DNA of 64,000 nucleotides from Isurus oxyrinchus (Eukaryota), in assembly GCA_026770705.1 (NCBI GenBank), contig JANJGN010000039.1, forward strand, positions 4,526,001-4,590,000, written 5' to 3'. The first letter of the stretch is position 1; each line of letters opens with the position of its first letter. The notes below the pieces were generated by a model. It made no database searches, was not told the DNA's origin, and saw nothing but the letters and a program-made list of their open reading frames with translations. This document shows positions 26,257 to 37,799 of the stretch, piece after piece. The position numbers were made by a program, and so were the translations under genes.

Positions 26257-26342
26257 CTTTATGAGAAGGAGACTTTCCTGCTGAGATGGATACACAGCAA
26301 ATAATAGAAGGTGTGAGTTGAAACATACAAATCTCGGTATCC

Positions 26343-26350
26343 TTTAAATA
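26343..26350 (-). promoter_or_regulatory. Candidate TATA box of paralogue 2
   Basis: TATTTAAA on the minus strand ~90 bp upstream of the ATG at 26256. Confidence 0.4.
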
Positions 26351-26499
26351 CATTTCAGAAAGAAAAAGAAACACGGTAAACCTATCGGACAGCCAGAAGG
26401 AGATACCACATTAGTTAAACACACAATATCGGGTTAGAACTGGCACCATAGCATTCGGAACAGGGAACAGAGAAAAACTGCCACCTTTTGCGTGCTTGA

Positions 26500-26800
26500 C
26501 GTCCTTTTGTTAATATGCAAACCCACAGGCGCTACCATCTGGCAAGAATAGAGCAACAGATATTTGCGAATGCAACCAGCTGGAAGTTACCCTCCAAAGC
26601 ACTCATCGCCCTGATTTGGAAATATGTCGCCGTAAGCTCGCTGTCTCTGTGTCAAAGTGCTGAACATCCAAAACAACTTACACCACACAGGCAGCAGCAG
26701 CTGGAAAAGTGAGCTCACCACGAAATTCTGAAGGACAATTGCGGAAAGGCAATTAATGCTGGCTTAGCTAACGTTGCCCATATCTCCTGAATGGAAGGAA
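26500..26800 (+). mobile_element. LINE 3' end fragment (same family as 57.2-60.9 kb)
   Basis: ctgatttggaaatatgtcgccg...ggcaattaatgctggcttagc..gttgcccatatctcctgaatgg matches the reverse complement of the tail at ~57195-57330. Confidence 0.55.
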
Positions 26801-28011
26801 AATCAGCAGTGTATATTGTTTGCCTGAGAATATGTGAATCCACGTACATGGTGCCACGAGAGATGCTGCAACAGTTTTGTAAATGGTCAGCAAATGATAA
26901 AGCATAACAAATTCTAGTCACTGTGATAAGCACTAAGAAACTGCTGCTGAAGCAGTTATACTGAGACTGCTGGAAATCATGAGATGATACTTTCAGAGAA
27001 ACTCCTATTTATATAGCAGATAAATCTCCATTAACGCATTCATACTGCCTGAATAAATAAATTAGTTTCCGTCATTCAACAAACAGATTCTTTCAGTCGC
27101 TCTCCTTATGAGAGAAAAATTTTCAAACTGAAACGCCAAAAAAAAGGAATTACGTCTGCTGTCAAGACAATTCCGGGGTGTATATACCTGAGCAACAGGT
27201 GAATACTACAGGGGATGGTGAACGATTGTCCCAGAAATTGATGCTGAAAAATAAACTTTTATCAATTTAGATCAAAGTATATATATGTAAATGAAAAGGC
27301 CTGAAGCGCCAGGGGAAGTAATGCGGAAAGCACAGTTGTTTGCCACCGTTTTCTGTTTCCGGGCCCACTCCATGTCCAAACAGGGCACATGTGGGATGCT
27401 TGTCTGTGACAATCAAGCTTCTAGAGAGAACAGATACCCTGCCCAGATTTGCCCGTGGATTCCTCTGGCAATGCAACGTGCGATATCTTGTGGGCCAAAA
27501 AAAGAAACCCCCAGCAATTGAAGAACACATTTAAAAATATAAACGTGAAAATGTATGCAAACCTTGGGCACAGACAAATTATGAAATCAACCAATGATTT
27601 CAAAACTTGAGGAGAAGAGGATAAAAAACCCTTCAAGCAAAGCGTGCGCGGACAAAGTTTAATTATCCCGCTAGTACAAGTTTGATATGCAAATTTTGCA
27701 ATCGGTAATGCAAACATAGAATTGGTGTAACCTCACGCAAGGTACCACGCTGACACTTTTTTATTGCTTGGACACTGATCTGTGATAGCGTTGTGAAAAC
27801 CAATCATCAACATCGTTAGACAGGCAGACCTACAGGCTGATAGATGGACAGATGGCTAGACAAATAGAAGACTTAACATTGAACGGATTAATTAAAATGA
27901 GAAATAGCAAGCGAGCGGGAGAGAGAGCGATGCACAGAGAGCAAAGGTGAGAGAGAATGAGAGCACGAGAGAGTTATACAGCAAGCGAGTTAGAGAATGT
28001 GTGAGAGTGAT

Positions 28012-28147
28012 NNNNNNNNNNNNNNNNNNNNNNNNNNNNNNNNNNNNNNNNNNNNNNNNNNNNNNNNNNNNNNNNNNNNNNNNNNNNNNNNNNNNNNNNN
28101 NNNNNNNNNNNNNNNNNNNNNNNNNNNNNNNNNNNNNNNNNNNNNNN
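28012..28147. other. Assembly gap (136 N) next to a GA/TG simple repeat
   Basis: Run of N. Confidence 1.
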
Positions 28148-28934
28148 TGTGAATAAATGCATGTGCTTCTTGGAAGAAATATCCTCTAAAGGACCATAGA
28201 TAAAGGTGACAGTGAAGCAGAACGAGGTGATTTTTGTTGAAAATTTAGGAACCACAGTGCACTTAAACATCCGACTATTGTACATAAATAAAACTGGGAG
28301 TTCCTCCTGACAACTCCCTCCTAATATTGGATCTGTGATAACGACAAGGAATTTGGTGTCTGCCATTCACTCCAAGTAGCAAAAAACACAATTTGAGGTT
28401 GAACACTTTCATCGCTTCAGGAACAAAAGCTCCCGAAATTTACCTGGAGCAGACAAAAGCAGGAAGAAAATACCCAAAAGTGATTCATCAGATATGGAGA
28501 AAGGGAACAGTGTGCCGCGAACTGGGCTAAAATCCCAGCTCTTTGTTGCATTAAATATCTAAACGGATAAATGACCTGGGCAAAACATTCAGTCACAAAA
28601 ATGTATCTAAATACCTTTATCAACAATGCGCCGGGGCAATCGCAAAAATGAAGTAAACAGTGTCTGTATACAATCCACTGGAAGTGCTGAGTGAGGGCGT
28701 TGTGCTCAATGCCCGAATCAGCTGAACGTGGATATAACGATGCAAGTGAAATTTTGCTCCAAACTATATATTGGGATGCCATGGGACAGTAGCAGGTAGA
28801 AGTTTTTTAGTCCATTGGTTTTAAAGTGTCAACAGCGGGTGTTAGAAAACGGGAAAATCCGGACAGCCACGTCTGGCAATTTCACTTTTCGGATGGATTT
28901 AGAAGCGGAAGTCGGAATCCGAACCAGTGAGTGA

Positions 28935-29280
28935 TCGAACAAGAACAATAATAGCTGGAAAGAATCAGCAAGTCTGACAGCATCTGTGGAAAGGAAGACA
29001 GAGTTAATGTTTCGAGTCCGCATGACTCTTCATCAGGAGTAAAACAATATAAATGTGCTGAAATATAAGCTGTTAGAGGGGGTGGGACAGATGGAGCTGG
29101 GCAGAGCGCCAGTGAGTTATCGAGATTGGAGGAAGAGAAAGAACGCAGCTTTCAGAATCTCCAGGAGGGTGAGGTGCTGGGACAAGAGGATCTGGTTTAG
29201 GTACGAGGGCAAACTGAATTCATGCATGAGGAAACCATACTTTAAATGCAAGGATCAGAGATTCTAGCATTCAATGGGAG
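28935..29280 (+). mobile_element. Penelope-like terminal fragment
   Basis: aatagctggaaagaatcagcaagtctgacagcatctgtggaaaggaagacagagttaatgtttcg is the reverse complement of the end of the insert at 58134-58673. Family assignment is from memory. Confidence 0.5.
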
Positions 29281-29299
29281 ACACAGCTGCACATGGTAT

Positions 29300-30030
29300 T
29301 GGAAAAACACAAACAAAGAAATCCCGAGCAGGCCGAGAGAATTCGGCTCCTCGAGTCATGTCCGCCATTAAATTCCATTGTGGCTCATCTCATTGTGGCC
29401 TCAATTCCACATTCCGTCCACCTCCGATTACGTTTCACATCGTTGGTTCTCAAGAGACTGACTACCCCTGCCTGAAAAATATTCCATCAGCCTGAGCCTA
29501 CCACTCTCCGGAGAAGAGAGTTCCAAAGCCATTCAACCTTCTGAGTGAAATAAAAACCTTCCCATCTCTGTTTTAAACGGGAGACCAAAAAGTAGAAAAA
29601 TGTGTTCGCTTTGTTCCAAACTCATCCACAAGAGAAACACACTGTTTACATCCAGGATGTAAAATTCTTCAGGATCCTACCTGTTTCATTAGGGCAACGT
29701 TTGATTTTCCAAATTTCAATGGGCACTGGCTGTCCAATCTTTCAAATAAGATTACACCACAACCACCACCACCCTCCACCAACTCCGCTTCCAGGCATCC
29801 GCAGCGTGAACGCTATCTGAACTGATTCTAATGAATTGTAATAATTACTTAAAGTTGGAGATCAAAACTATACACAGTATCTTAGATGTGGTCTCTGCAA
29901 TAATTGTCAGTATAATTGTCCTAAAAGATCACCATTTCTCTACCGTATTCCTTTGGAAAAAGAAACACATCATTCTAGTTGACTTGCTGTTCGTACATAT
30001 GAACTTTGTGTGACTCATGGGAAATCTATT
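29300..30030 (-). mobile_element. CR1 LINE 3' fragment
   Basis: Reverse-complement CR1 tail (attcggctcctcgagtcatgtccgccattaaa) and RT 3' region (aactatacacagtatcttagatgtggtct). Confidence 0.65.
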
Positions 30031-30499
30031 GATCGTAGCAACACAACTGAAGAAACATTGAACCTTTAAGCTACACAGTTGTCACCCTGCGAGAAAAAAA
30101 ACCTTGTGAATAATAAAGGTTGATTTTTTTTTGGATTTCGAATTACAAATCAATTAATCAAAATATATGAAAAACAGATCGCCCTTCAGTGAATACTGCA
30201 GACAGATTTTTAAAGCCATTGTGCTAATAATGAGACCACAGAATTTATTATTATGCTTATTTACTCCATTCAAAAAATAAATGGGAATTGAACATCCGCA
30301 AGATCAGAATGAGAATTTGACAAACAAAAACTTACTGGGAACTTTGAAAGTCGCCCAGTTGCAAAATCAACACCATGTCTTAAATTCACAACATTTCACG
30401 GTAATTGGTCTTTTTCGGGTAGTTGCCGTATCTGGGAAATTCGAAAGGGAGATAGATCGATTTATATGACGATGATAGAATGGCGATACACTTCTGCCA

Positions 30500-31500
30500 G
30501 TTAGACGATGAATATATTCAATGCTTTTTCATGTACCATGTTAATTGAGAGATACGATGATTGTACACGGAGGTCAATATGAGGTTGAAGATCAGTTGAT
30601 TTCGTGCAGCAGGCTCTAAAGGACAAAGCGCCTTCCTCGAGCTACTGTTTGCTATATTCTTCCAATGTACATGCTGCCCTTGTTCTTCTAGGCCGACAAG
30701 GTTGTACATTTGGAATGTACCGTCAAGCTTTTAGTAACTCGTTGCAGAATATCCTGCAGATAGCACACATGGAAAGCCATGTGCCCCGATAATGGACCGA
30801 GTGTTTTTTATAGCTGGTGGATGGAGTTCAATCAATGAGAATGCTTTTTTAGTTGTCCTGTCAAACTTCTCGCAGAAATTACAAAATAACCTTGACCAGC
30901 ATGTTGCAGATGTTATAGAGGCTTTGGGGAGCGTCCAAAGTAGAAGAGCATTGATAGGCCTGGATGGGCATTTGGCTCGTCTTGAAATGGAGTATTCTTT
31001 CCTGTTCAGGCCACCGTTTCTGGAGGAAGTGTGTGCAGGGAAGAAGGAAGTTGCTAATAGTTCGCCAACAAAGATGCAGGGATGAAGAAGTTCCCTTGTG
31101 TTTCTGGAATGCAAAATTTGGGATTGTCTTTCCTGTAGAAGAGAAGTCAAAGTGGAGATCAAGAGGTGGTGAAAATAATTAGTTTGTACAGAAAAGAGGG
31201 GATGAATTGTTATTCTTTGTGGAACTATAGAGAGCCAATTTTAGGTAATTGGAATTGGAGACAAAAGTGACATTCGTCCGTTCTTCATTATGCAGCAATT
31301 GGTCAGGATCTTGGGTGCTCACCGAATAATGTGTTGGGAGCAGATTCAATTGAGACGTTCAAAAATATGGTTGGATGTTTATTTGAAGAGCAAACAATTG
31401 CACGGCTATCCGGAGAAAGCGGGGTAGATGCAGAGGAGTGTTACTCTTGTACAGGGCAGGCACAGACATGCTGGGCCGAATGCACTCTTGGGTTTTAATC
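30500..31500 (+). mobile_element. CR1 LINE RT-to-3' fragment
   Basis: QHVADVIEALGSVQSR (canonical KDxxALExVQRR) followed by a CR1 tail (ggcacagacatgctgggccgaatg). Confidence 0.65.
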
Positions 31501-32439
31501 GATGTTTGTTATTAACGTACTTGAACGTTCAGCAGTGCATCATGGTGCAATACTCATACGTGATATACTTTTAATTGTCCTGCCTGTCTTACTTCCTTTC
31601 TCTTTCTCTCCCATCTCTACGTATTCTTTCCTACTTTCTCTCCAATAGACAATGACACTAACCATCTTTATTACTTAGTCTCCTATCGCTTCCTGAATAC
31701 CCACTTTTACACCTGAGTAATTGCTTTCATCCGGACGCTGCCTCTTGAACCAAACCCTTGGTGCTGTCATGCGATTTCCCGTGTTAGTCAGTTGAATGAT
31801 GAGTCGTTTGGAAAAGACAATCATCGTGGTTGTAAAAAAAAACAAGTATCCTGTCTGCTGCAATTAGTCAATTTTCATCATTTAATTCATTTCATTTCAA
31901 AAGCCAATGTACAAGTACATCGGGTGTAACAAAACCGAAGCAGGTTTTAACTTGAATATCATAAAATATTCTTGCTGTGTGTATTAAACTATCGCTGTCT
32001 CGTGTTGCACGTATCAATGGCAGTACATGAAATGCTGGATGGCGGCTAGCTGGGTGAGGGGAATAATCCTTCTCTCTCCCAGCAGGAAGATGAAAGTTCA
32101 GACGTTCTATGCTTTTGTCGGAATGCCGGATTCCCAATGTTGTTTTTGCGGTCCCCCATTGTCAACAAGGAGAGGAACAGGAAATGAAGGAATTCTCACT
32201 GCTTCAATGTCTTGTGCGAGAACGATGCATAGCACATCATGTTGATGAACGATCACCATCTTAGCAGCAGCCAGGAATCCTGCACTCTGAAGCCGCTCGC
32301 CATTTTCGGGCATGCACCGAAATGAAGGCTGCCCCTAGATTCATGGCTAAAAATAGCCAGCACATGGCCATTCCAGGCCGCCAATCACACAAGTGAAAAT
32401 AGCTTCGCTACCAAATAACAACTTTTGACACCTCGGATC

Positions 32440-33045
32440 TTCACATAGTTAAAACAGCGAGACTTCAAACCCATTAAACAGAGAGACTTCAATTAGCTTT
32501 AAACTGCGAAACATTAAATAGATTAAAAAGCGAAACTCTGGGAAGTTTAAACAGCGAGTCGTCGGGACAGTTTCAACAAGGAGACATCAAACCGCTAAAT
32601 ATTGATTATTAAATTGTTTCAAACTGCCTGTCTAAGTGGCAGTGTAAACAGAGAGACTTTGGGCAGGTTAAACAGTGAGAATTTGGGCAGTTTAAACATA
32701 GGGATTTCGGGCCGTTTGAACAGGGAGGCTTCGGGACTGCTTAAAGGGTGAGATTTCAAACAGTTGCAGCAGGTTGAATGGGGACACTTCAAACATTTTT
32801 AAAAGGCAGACTTCAAGCAGGTTAACCAGCGAGACTGCAAACATGCTGAATAGGGGGACATCAGTCAGGTTCAACATGGCGACTTTAATCACGTGTAACA
32901 GGGAGACTTCAAATGGGTTTTACAGGGAGGCTTCAAAAATGTTGAAGAGTGAGAATTCAAACAGGTTAAACAGCGAGGCATAATTTAGTTTCAAAAGTGA
33001 TACTTCGGACAGATTAAATAGCGAGGCCTCGGGCATAAATTTAAG
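32440..33045 (+). repeat. 24-bp tandem minisatellite, ~25 degenerate copies
   Basis: Consensus ttaaacagcgagacttcaaacagg. In-frame translation gives 8-aa repeats (LNRETSNR) in ORF 32774-32983. Confidence 0.85.
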
Positions 33046-33119
33046 GGTAGGTTATGGCAGGGCCGATCAGCCACTTGGATTCCTACGGCCATGCGACGTT
33101 GGAGGCCAGTGTCACATCT

Positions 33120-33790
33120 AAAGAACACATGAACGTGGAGCAGAATTTGGCCATTGGACCCCTGGATCCCGCGCCACCTTTCAGTAATAACCTGGTTGCT
33201 CTGCTTGTATTGATGATTCAACATTCCCATCCACCCCGATAACTTCTGTCTCAATTGCCGGACAAAAAATGTTAACGTTCGCCTTAAACTCATTCAATGA
33301 CAGACTCCAGTGCGTTCTGAGGCAGAGAGTTCCAGAGTTACACAACCTCTGAGAGGGATAAAACAACCTCCTCATATCTGTCCCAAAGGCGGTTCCTAAT
33401 TTTAAACAATTCCTACTAATTCTGTTAAATATTATTTCATTGTCAAACTTGTCAAGCCCGTTCAGGAACTTATATACTTCAAAAAAATCATCCCTAACTC
33501 TGCCAAAATCCAGCTGAATCAAACCCAGCCTCTCTAAGCTACCGTCATAACACAACCCAATCGTTCCAGGTTCCAATCTAGGGAAGCTCCTCTGAACAGC
33601 CGCTAATCCTTAAAAGCCTTCGTTCAATAAGGGGAACAAAATTGCTCACAGCGTTCGAGATGGGGTCTCACCAGTGCCCTGTATAACTGAAGCATAACAT
33701 CCTTCCATTTATTTCAAAGTTCTATACTAATATACAATCGCATTCTATGACCATTCTCTATTACTTTCTGAACGTGCATTCGGACACGTG
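33120..33790 (-). mobile_element. CR1 LINE 3' fragment
   Basis: ORF 33181-33576(-) LCYDGSLERLGLIQLDFGRVRDDFFEVYKFLNGLDK is the conserved CR1 ORF2 C-terminus. Confidence 0.85.
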
Positions 33791-33849
33791 ATGAGCACGT
33801 GTGCAGAAATGTCTCCAGCCACAGCTACTCGAAAACTGCAGCTGCGGCT

Positions 33850-36800
33850 GCCGTCACTGCAGAACATCCTTAAGGCCGATATTTTCCTGGAAACCGTACA
33901 ATGGGATGGTCATACCACAGTCAAAGTGTGTACAGGCAGAAAGGCAATTGGTTACCACAGGCAAATTAAAAGCACTGGGCAGTTAATGGGCCCAAACACC
34001 TCTGTAATAGATTTTCTACGTGCATACTGCTTGGCGAGTTGGTTTCTCAGGGGAACGCAGCGAGAGCCAAGTCCGTTGCGCCTCGTGTGGCTCAACAGCA
34101 CGGGGAGCTTGGGGAGAGTGTGGTGAGAGAATGGGAGATTAAAAAGAACAGTGATAGAGGAATAGTGCCAGGGTATTGTATCGTAAAGTGAACAGAGAGG
34201 CGTTTCTGTGGTCGCAGGTATTACTGCTGGGTGGGACGTTTCATCCCTGCTGCTAGGGGCAAGGACGTCACTGAGATGCTGCAGAACATTCTGAACGGGG
34301 TGGGGGGGTGGGGGGGCGGTGGAAAATACATGTAGTGACCCACATGGTACCAGCCTCATGTGCTAATGTAGAGATGAGGTCCTGAAGGCACTTATCGGGA
34401 GCTGAGTAAACAAATTAAAAAGCAGAACAACAAGGTTTGTAATCTCAGTGTAACACCCAGTGTTTCGTGCAAACGAGATCAGGTAAAGGAGGATAGATCA
34501 GTTCAATGTCCAAACGGAGTAATTGTGTAGGGATTTAGATTCCTGAGGGAATGGGACACATTCTGTGGAAGATGGGGTTTGTATAAGCTGGACAAGTTGC
34601 ACTCAAGCAGGACCAAAACCAATTCTTTGCAGGGCTAATCATTTTCTCTGTGGTGCCGATGGGCGGGGGAGGGTTAGGGGAGGAGACTATTATGGTGACG
34701 AGGTCATGGGAGCATCAGCGGTGGGTAACAAGAGAGGGAACAAAGAAACAAATGAAAGAGTACTAAAAAAGAAATGTGGTAAGCAAATGAACATAGGGTT
34801 TGCAGGAAATAGGGACAAAATGCAGTTAGGTTCTGTAAAAATATTAGAATAAACAGCTCTAAAGGCATGGCACCTGAATGCATGGAGCATTAATATAAGC
34901 TAGACGAATTGACAGTGCAAATAGGTTTCAACGTGCACAATGTGATTTCGGTCATTGAGACAGGGCTGCACGGCTTCCAACGCTGGCAAGTGATTGTCCA
35001 AGGGATTTCCATATTTCGGGCGGGCAGGGAAATAAGAAGCAGAGGTGAGGCGGGGCTACAAGATAAGAATGAAATGAGTACAACTGTGAGAACTGATATT
35101 GGCTCAAAATATCTAGATGTAGATTTAGTCTTGCTGTAGCGAAAAAGGGAGAAGGTGCAGAACAGTTTGCTGATTTGTCTAAAGGCGCCAAAATGTAGCA
35201 ATAAGGCAAGGAAAGGCGTTAACCTGAAACGTAGAGATGCATGTAACTCACATGCTGCAGAAATCATGGATGTTTGATGGACAAACTGAATCAGCAATGA
35301 CATTCTGGCGAATGAATTGTCGAGTGTGTACGAAAAGCTTTTTTTTAATTGGACCATTACGTCGGGGATCCAACCAGGGAGCAGTTTATCCTAGATTTGA
35401 TATCGTGTCATGAGAAGGAGAAAGCTAATAACCGTGTCGTGCAATGTCCTTAAGAGAATGGTGACCAAAGTGAGATAGAATTTTTTATTTGGATGAAAAG
35501 TATAATAGTCCAATCCGAAACTATCGTCATACATTCAAACAAAGTAAGCTACGAGGATATGAGACTGTGAGTTGGCTTAGATAATTTGGGTAACTTCATT
35601 AAAGTACATGGTGCTCAGGCAAATTTTTATATTTTTGGACTGGATCTGTGCATTGCTGCAATTACATTCATCTTCATGGCTTCATAAAAAAAAAAGCAGT
35701 AAATGCAGCCCAAAAACAGCTAACAAAACGATATCCGGATAGCGCTAGATCCAGTGAAGAGTCAGTTAAATGTGTTAGCAAAAGTAGCAATTTGGGAACA
35801 GCTTAGAATTTATCGAAGGGTGACCAAGCGATGGTTTAGAGGGCATAGGGCATGAGGGTAAACTTGCAAAAAACATAATAGTGGAGTGCAAAATTTTCTA
35901 CAAGCATGTACAGTGAAGACAAATGTTGGACCGTTACAGTTTCAAAATGTAGAATTTATAACTGAGAACAGGGCAATGCAGAGTATTTAAGCAACTATTT
36001 TATTTACGTAATTTGAGGAGTAAACACAAGTAGCTTACCAGAGATGCCAGAAAAGCAAAAAGAACCAGCGAGAACTATCATTTTAAGGAAATCAGCACGG
36101 GAAAAATTAAAAGAAATACAGCGCTGGAAAAATCAATTGGACTGACAGCCGATAAATCCCCAGGACGTGATCATTTACATTCGGGAGTGCTAACTGAATG
36201 GCCATGGAATGAGAGATTGTGTTAGCTTTCATCTACTAAAATTTTGCAGATTCTGTAACAGTCCCGGGAATTGGAAAGTGGCAAATGTAACGTCACTATG
36301 TTCAAAATAAGAAGCGAAGAATAAAACAGAAAATTACATGCCGGCCACCATCATTTGAAGGGAAAACTTTCGAGTCTATTATAGAGCTTGTGCTAATAGG
36401 TCATTTGAAAATATCATCATTACTGGGCGAAACCATCATGGGTTTATGAAAGGGAAATCGTTTGTTACAAACCTAATGGGAATTTTTAAAAGATGTAACA
36501 GTTAGAAATATCAGGGAGAACAATTGATGTGGTGCAATTGGGCTTTCACGGAGTTTCTGGTAAAGTCCCACAAAGGAGGTTAGTGTGCAAAATTTAAGCA
36601 CATTTGAACGGAGGCAATACATTGGCATGGTTTGAGAATAGTTTACAGACCGAAAGCAGAGAATAGATATAAATGTTCTTTTTTCTGGAGTGGCAGGCAT
36701 TGCCGAAACTGGTACAGGATGTATCAGTGAATGAGTCCAGCTGTTCACATTACACATCAATGATTTTGATGAAGGAATAAAATGCAATAATTCTAAATTT

Positions 36801-37690
36801 GCTGGCAGCAAAACATTAGGGAATGTTAGGGGTGAGGATGATTTAAAGGCGCTTCAAGGCAATTTAAGAAAGGTGAGCGAGTGGACGAAGATATGACAGA
36901 TGCAGTTTTTTTTTCGGTAAGTGTGACATATTCCAATTCGGTCATAAAAAGCCTGAATGCAATAATATTATTTAAATGATGATAAACGGGGAAATGCTGG
37001 TGTACAGATTTCAGCAAGCAGTTTGGAAGGCAAATAACATTCTGGACTTCATTACTGTCGGACTTGAGTGCAGGAGCAAGGATGACTTACTGCATCTCTA
37101 GAGGGCATTCGTGAGACCACTCATTGATTTGTGTGCTTCGGTCTACTTCCCAAAGAAAGGGAATATTGCCATGGAGTGAATGCAGCAAATGGTTACCCGA
37201 ATGATTTATGTGATGGCAGCATTGTCCTATAATGAGAGATTGTGGCGTCCAGGCCAGCATTCCCTGGAGTATAGATGATTGAAAGGGGATCACATTGAAA
37301 GGTATAAAATTCGGTAGCAATTTACAGACTTGTTGCAGGGACGATGTTCTCTCTAGCTGCGAGATCTGGAGCAAGGTGTCATTGTTTCAGGATATGGGAT
37401 AGGCCATTTCGGATTGAAGTGAGGAGAAAGTTCTCCACCTAAAGCGTGGTGAATCTAAGGGTTTATCGACCAAAGAAGTCTGCGGGTGCCAACGGACTGG
37501 ATATATTAGCAATACAGTGGACAGCTTTCTAGACTATGAAGGAGCTTTCTGGACTCTAAAGACATCAAACCTGATGAGGAGAGAGCTGGACAATGGCATT
37601 ATTTTGGATGAGGAAATGTGAACATATGGATGAGGCAGCAGGATCGAAGGGCCAAAAGGATTACAGCTAATCCTATTGTCTGTGCTTTTA
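33850..37690 (+). mobile_element. Near full-length decayed CR1 LINE (ORF1 SGNH esterase-like, ORF2 APE endonuclease and RT, 3' tail)
   Basis: ORF1 motif FCGRR..PAARGKDVTEMLQNILNG at ~34200-34300. EN start HLNAWSI at ~34871. KSPGRD at ~36154, HHGFMKGKSFVTNL at ~36434, INDFDEGIKCNNSKFAG (FADD site) at ~36757-36806, and a CR1 tail at ~37640-37688. Confidence 0.9.
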
Positions 37691-37799
37691 ATCTTCATTG
37701 TTCAAGGGGAGCAATGTAGCACCAGGAGCAGCATGGAACGGGCTACTTACATGATGAAACATTGCTGGCGCTGCATGAAGTGCAAGGATTGAACTCCTC

